Positions 61,805-64,000 of a stretch of DNA of 64,000 bases are shown here, one piece after another. Under the pieces are notes generated by a model, which saw nothing but the letters and a program-made list of their open reading frames with translations, was not told the DNA's origin and made no database searches. The position numbers and the translations under genes are program-made. Where the stretch lies: positions 62,001 through 126,000 of the forward strand of contig AP026124.1 in NCBI GenBank assembly GCA_030295235.1, given 5' to 3'. The stretch's first letter is position 1. Every line of letters begins with the position of its first letter. This DNA comes from Fistulifera solaris (taxonomy: Eukaryota).

Positions 61805-62476
61805 TCAAAACAGAACACGAAATTGCCCCATCACTAGTGCCAACGTCGACGACCAAAGAAACCCATTCCACGAGCGTGTTGCTGACGATGTCGGTATACC
61901 ACTGGTGTTGGACAATACCGGAGAAACTGTACCACCGTCAGTTTGATTGTTTGTGATGGAAATGGTGGGTGATGCTGTCAACACAGCAGTAGGAGACTCC
62001 GTGACGACGATTGATGGTTCCGCGGATAAAATCACCGGAGCCACACTGGGTGATTCCGTGAGTATCACTGGACTTCGCGTCGGGCGAAAGGTCGGTAAAG
62101 TCGTCGGAACACACTGATCCAAATAAGGTTGAAAGTCGCATTTCAATTCACACGTATAATTTAATGTTTGCAGCGAAAATGGATCGACTGTACACGTTTG
62201 ATACCATGCTAATGCTTCCGCCTCACAGACGGAACAACAACGCACCAATCCACAAAAGATTCTTTGTACATCATCACAGCTTTTGGGTTGGGGAGTGACT
62301 AAAGTAGGCGTACCGTCGGTCGGATCTGGATCGCAGGCTCCACAGGGACAGGGAGAATTGTTCAAGACGCAATCGCGATAAGGTTGCAAGCCGGCTGTTG
62401 AGCATTCCTGGCCTTGCAGTGTTCTAAGTAATACGAAAACCAATGAAAGAATCAAATAGTAGTGATAGAATGACAT
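61805..62476 (-). CDS. Secreted Cys-rich protein with a Pro/Thr/Ser stalk and a hydrophobic (GPI-like) C-terminus
   Basis: Signal peptide, Cys-rich domain, PT/TESP repeats, terminal hydrophobic segment. Confidence 0.75.
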   Translation of the reverse strand: MSFYHYYLILSLVFVLLRTLQGQECSTAGLQPYRDCVLNNSPCPCGACDPDPTDGTPTLVTPQPKSCDDVQRIFCGLVRCCSVCEAEALAWYQTCTVDPFSLQTLNYTCELKCDFQPYLDQCVPTTLPTFRPTRSPVILTESPSVAPVILSAEPSIVVTESPTAVLTASPTISITNNQTDGGTVSPVLSNTSGIPTSSATRSWNGFLWSSTLALVMGQFRVLF

Positions 62477-62734
62477 TTTTGATAGGTAGTGAGTAATATT
62501 ACGAAGAAGAAAGAGAAATAAGTGCAAGTTACTGCATCGTTATTGTCATCGTTCATGTTGCCAAAATGCCGATCTCCATCCATTCGTCCATTATTCATTC
62601 GTGTTTCATTCGTTTGCGTTTTGGCAAGACTGGTACCATTTCCGTTGGATTGTTGTACGACATCAGTTGTCTGTTGAAAAGTCTGTGGCGGAGAACCGTG
62701 ACGATGCAGTGCGATCTTTAACATCGCATGATGC

Positions 62735-62755
62735 TACCTGGTACCGTACCTGGTA
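62735..62755. promoter_or_regulatory. Tandem pair of the recurrent intergenic TACCWGGTA motif between divergent genes
   Basis: TACCTGGTA at 62735 and 62747; eight further intergenic copies in the window; regulatory role is inferred. Confidence 0.45.
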
Positions 62756-63014
62756 CTTCCTTCATCTTTCTTCATTGTTGCTGTACTTGGTACTTCTTGA
62801 CACCGTTTTCTTATTAGATCGATTCAAAAGGCTTAAATATTCAAGAAAAGACTGGTGTGTTGAACGGCGATTCAAGTTCCCGTCGATGCGCATCGAGAAA
62901 CTCTTGTCATTCGCCATTTTGAGAATTCCTTCCGTCATGACATTTACTGTACGACCGATTTCTTCACGAACAACTACTACTACTGCCTCAAGAGATATGC
63001 AAGAACAAAATACA

Positions 63015-64000
63015 ATGGATACTATCAATAGCACAGGTGCAGCGCTTGGTGGTACAACAACTGCTCACGTTTCACGAGAAGAAATGCGTCAGCGAAGACT
63101 GGAGGCTCTAGGACAGGCTGAATTTTCTACCGAAACGTCTGCTGCAGCTGCTCCTTTTTCCGGTCAATCTTCTGCGCGTCATCCTATTTATGACCTTTGC
63201 AACAGCGATGATGATGATGACGACGACGATGATGATGATGTAAAAGAGGATAATCCACAAACACCAACCGCTAGCAATGAAAGCGATAGTGACGATGATG
63301 ATAGCGTCAATCTTTTGGATTATGCTATCGTGGCACCATCGCGGAGCACACGATCTATGCCAAAGACGTCTTCCAGCTCACGAAAACGCCCAGCGGCAGC
63401 GCTCTTGTCGATAAATCCCACGTCCCCGGCTAACTTTCAAATTGTCACCTACAATCTATGGTTCCAAACGGTCCATCCTACCGAACGCATGAATGCCATT
63501 GCACAGATTCTATCGCAGTGCCATCAACCCGACAACCCACTCGTTATGGTAGGGTTCCAAGAGGTCATACCACTGCTGGCTTCGGTGCTATTTCCCGCTC
63601 TGGAACTCCAAGGATATACCATCGTGCGTCAGCCCATTAAATTCGTTCCTTACGGATGTGCCATGGCAATTCGAAATGACGTGGCTACCATTCTGGACTC
63701 GGGGTTTCGACCCTTCCGTCATTCGAATATGGACCGTGGTATTTTGTACGCGCGAGTCCGACTCTCGACGGCGCAGGAAATCTTGTTTACTACGACCCAT
63801 TTGGAATCATGGGCGGGGGAAGACCATCCCGGATCGACGCAACGACAAAGTCAAATTCTGGAAATGGAAGCCTTTTGCGTACAGACCGTATCCATATATC
63901 CCAATGTACAATGTGCAGTCATTACGGGTGATTTGAATTGGGATGATGAGCGAGCACGCAGTGCTGGACCGGATCCCGTGATGTTAGGGCATTTGAAAGA
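63015..64000 (+). CDS. TDP2: TDP2-like EEP-family 5'-tyrosyl-DNA phosphodiesterase (partial, runs off the window; absent from the ORF track)
   Basis: Manual translation gives IVTYNLWF, ERMNAI, GFQEV, SNMDRGIL, TTHLES, ITGDLNW. Confidence 0.85.
   Translation, partial: MDTINSTGAALGGTTTAHVSREEMRQRRLEALGQAEFSTETSAAAAPFSGQSSARHPIYDLCNSDDDDDDDDDDDVKEDNPQTPTASNESDSDDDDSVNLLDYAIVAPSRSTRSMPKTSSSSRKRPAAALLSINPTSPANFQIVTYNLWFQTVHPTERMNAIAQILSQCHQPDNPLVMVGFQEVIPLLASVLFPALELQGYTIVRQPIKFVPYGCAMAIRNDVATILDSGFRPFRHSNMDRGILYARVRLSTAQEILFTTTHLESWAGEDHPGSTQRQSQILEMEAFCVQTVSIYPNVQCAVITGDLNWDDERARSAGPDPVMLGHLK

Overview
Gene-dense eukaryotic nuclear DNA, most likely from a diatom. This is inferred from short GT-AG introns, bipartite signal+F plastid presequences and diatom-type LRR, kinase and glycosyltransferase families. 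About 38 protein-coding genes are supported, including SF3B4, two glutaredoxins, GRASP, FNTB, ISD11, a gamma-CA-like protein, four glycosyltransferases, ABCG, ECHS1, NUP62, an HDAC3-like deacetylase, an NCoR-like two-SANT corepressor, a CHD6-9-like remodeller, ATM1, SPR and a partial TDP2 that the ORF track misses. Many genes are broken by 1-nt indels, mostly in homopolymer runs, which most likely are sequencing errors. I saw no RNA genes, CRISPR arrays or autonomous transposons. The most notable observations are: (1) HDAC3-like and NCoR-like partner genes 3 kb apart within a chromatin-regulator neighbourhood; (2) a palindromic TACCWGGTA motif seen 10 times, always intergenic; (3) an array of 52-53 bp units carrying a 19-bp palindrome; (4) a TDP2 with predicted p97- and SUMO-binding motifs; (5) a plastid-targeted YxxGD repeat protein. 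All family calls come from motif recognition by eye, not database searches, and none of these is demonstrated to be a new system.
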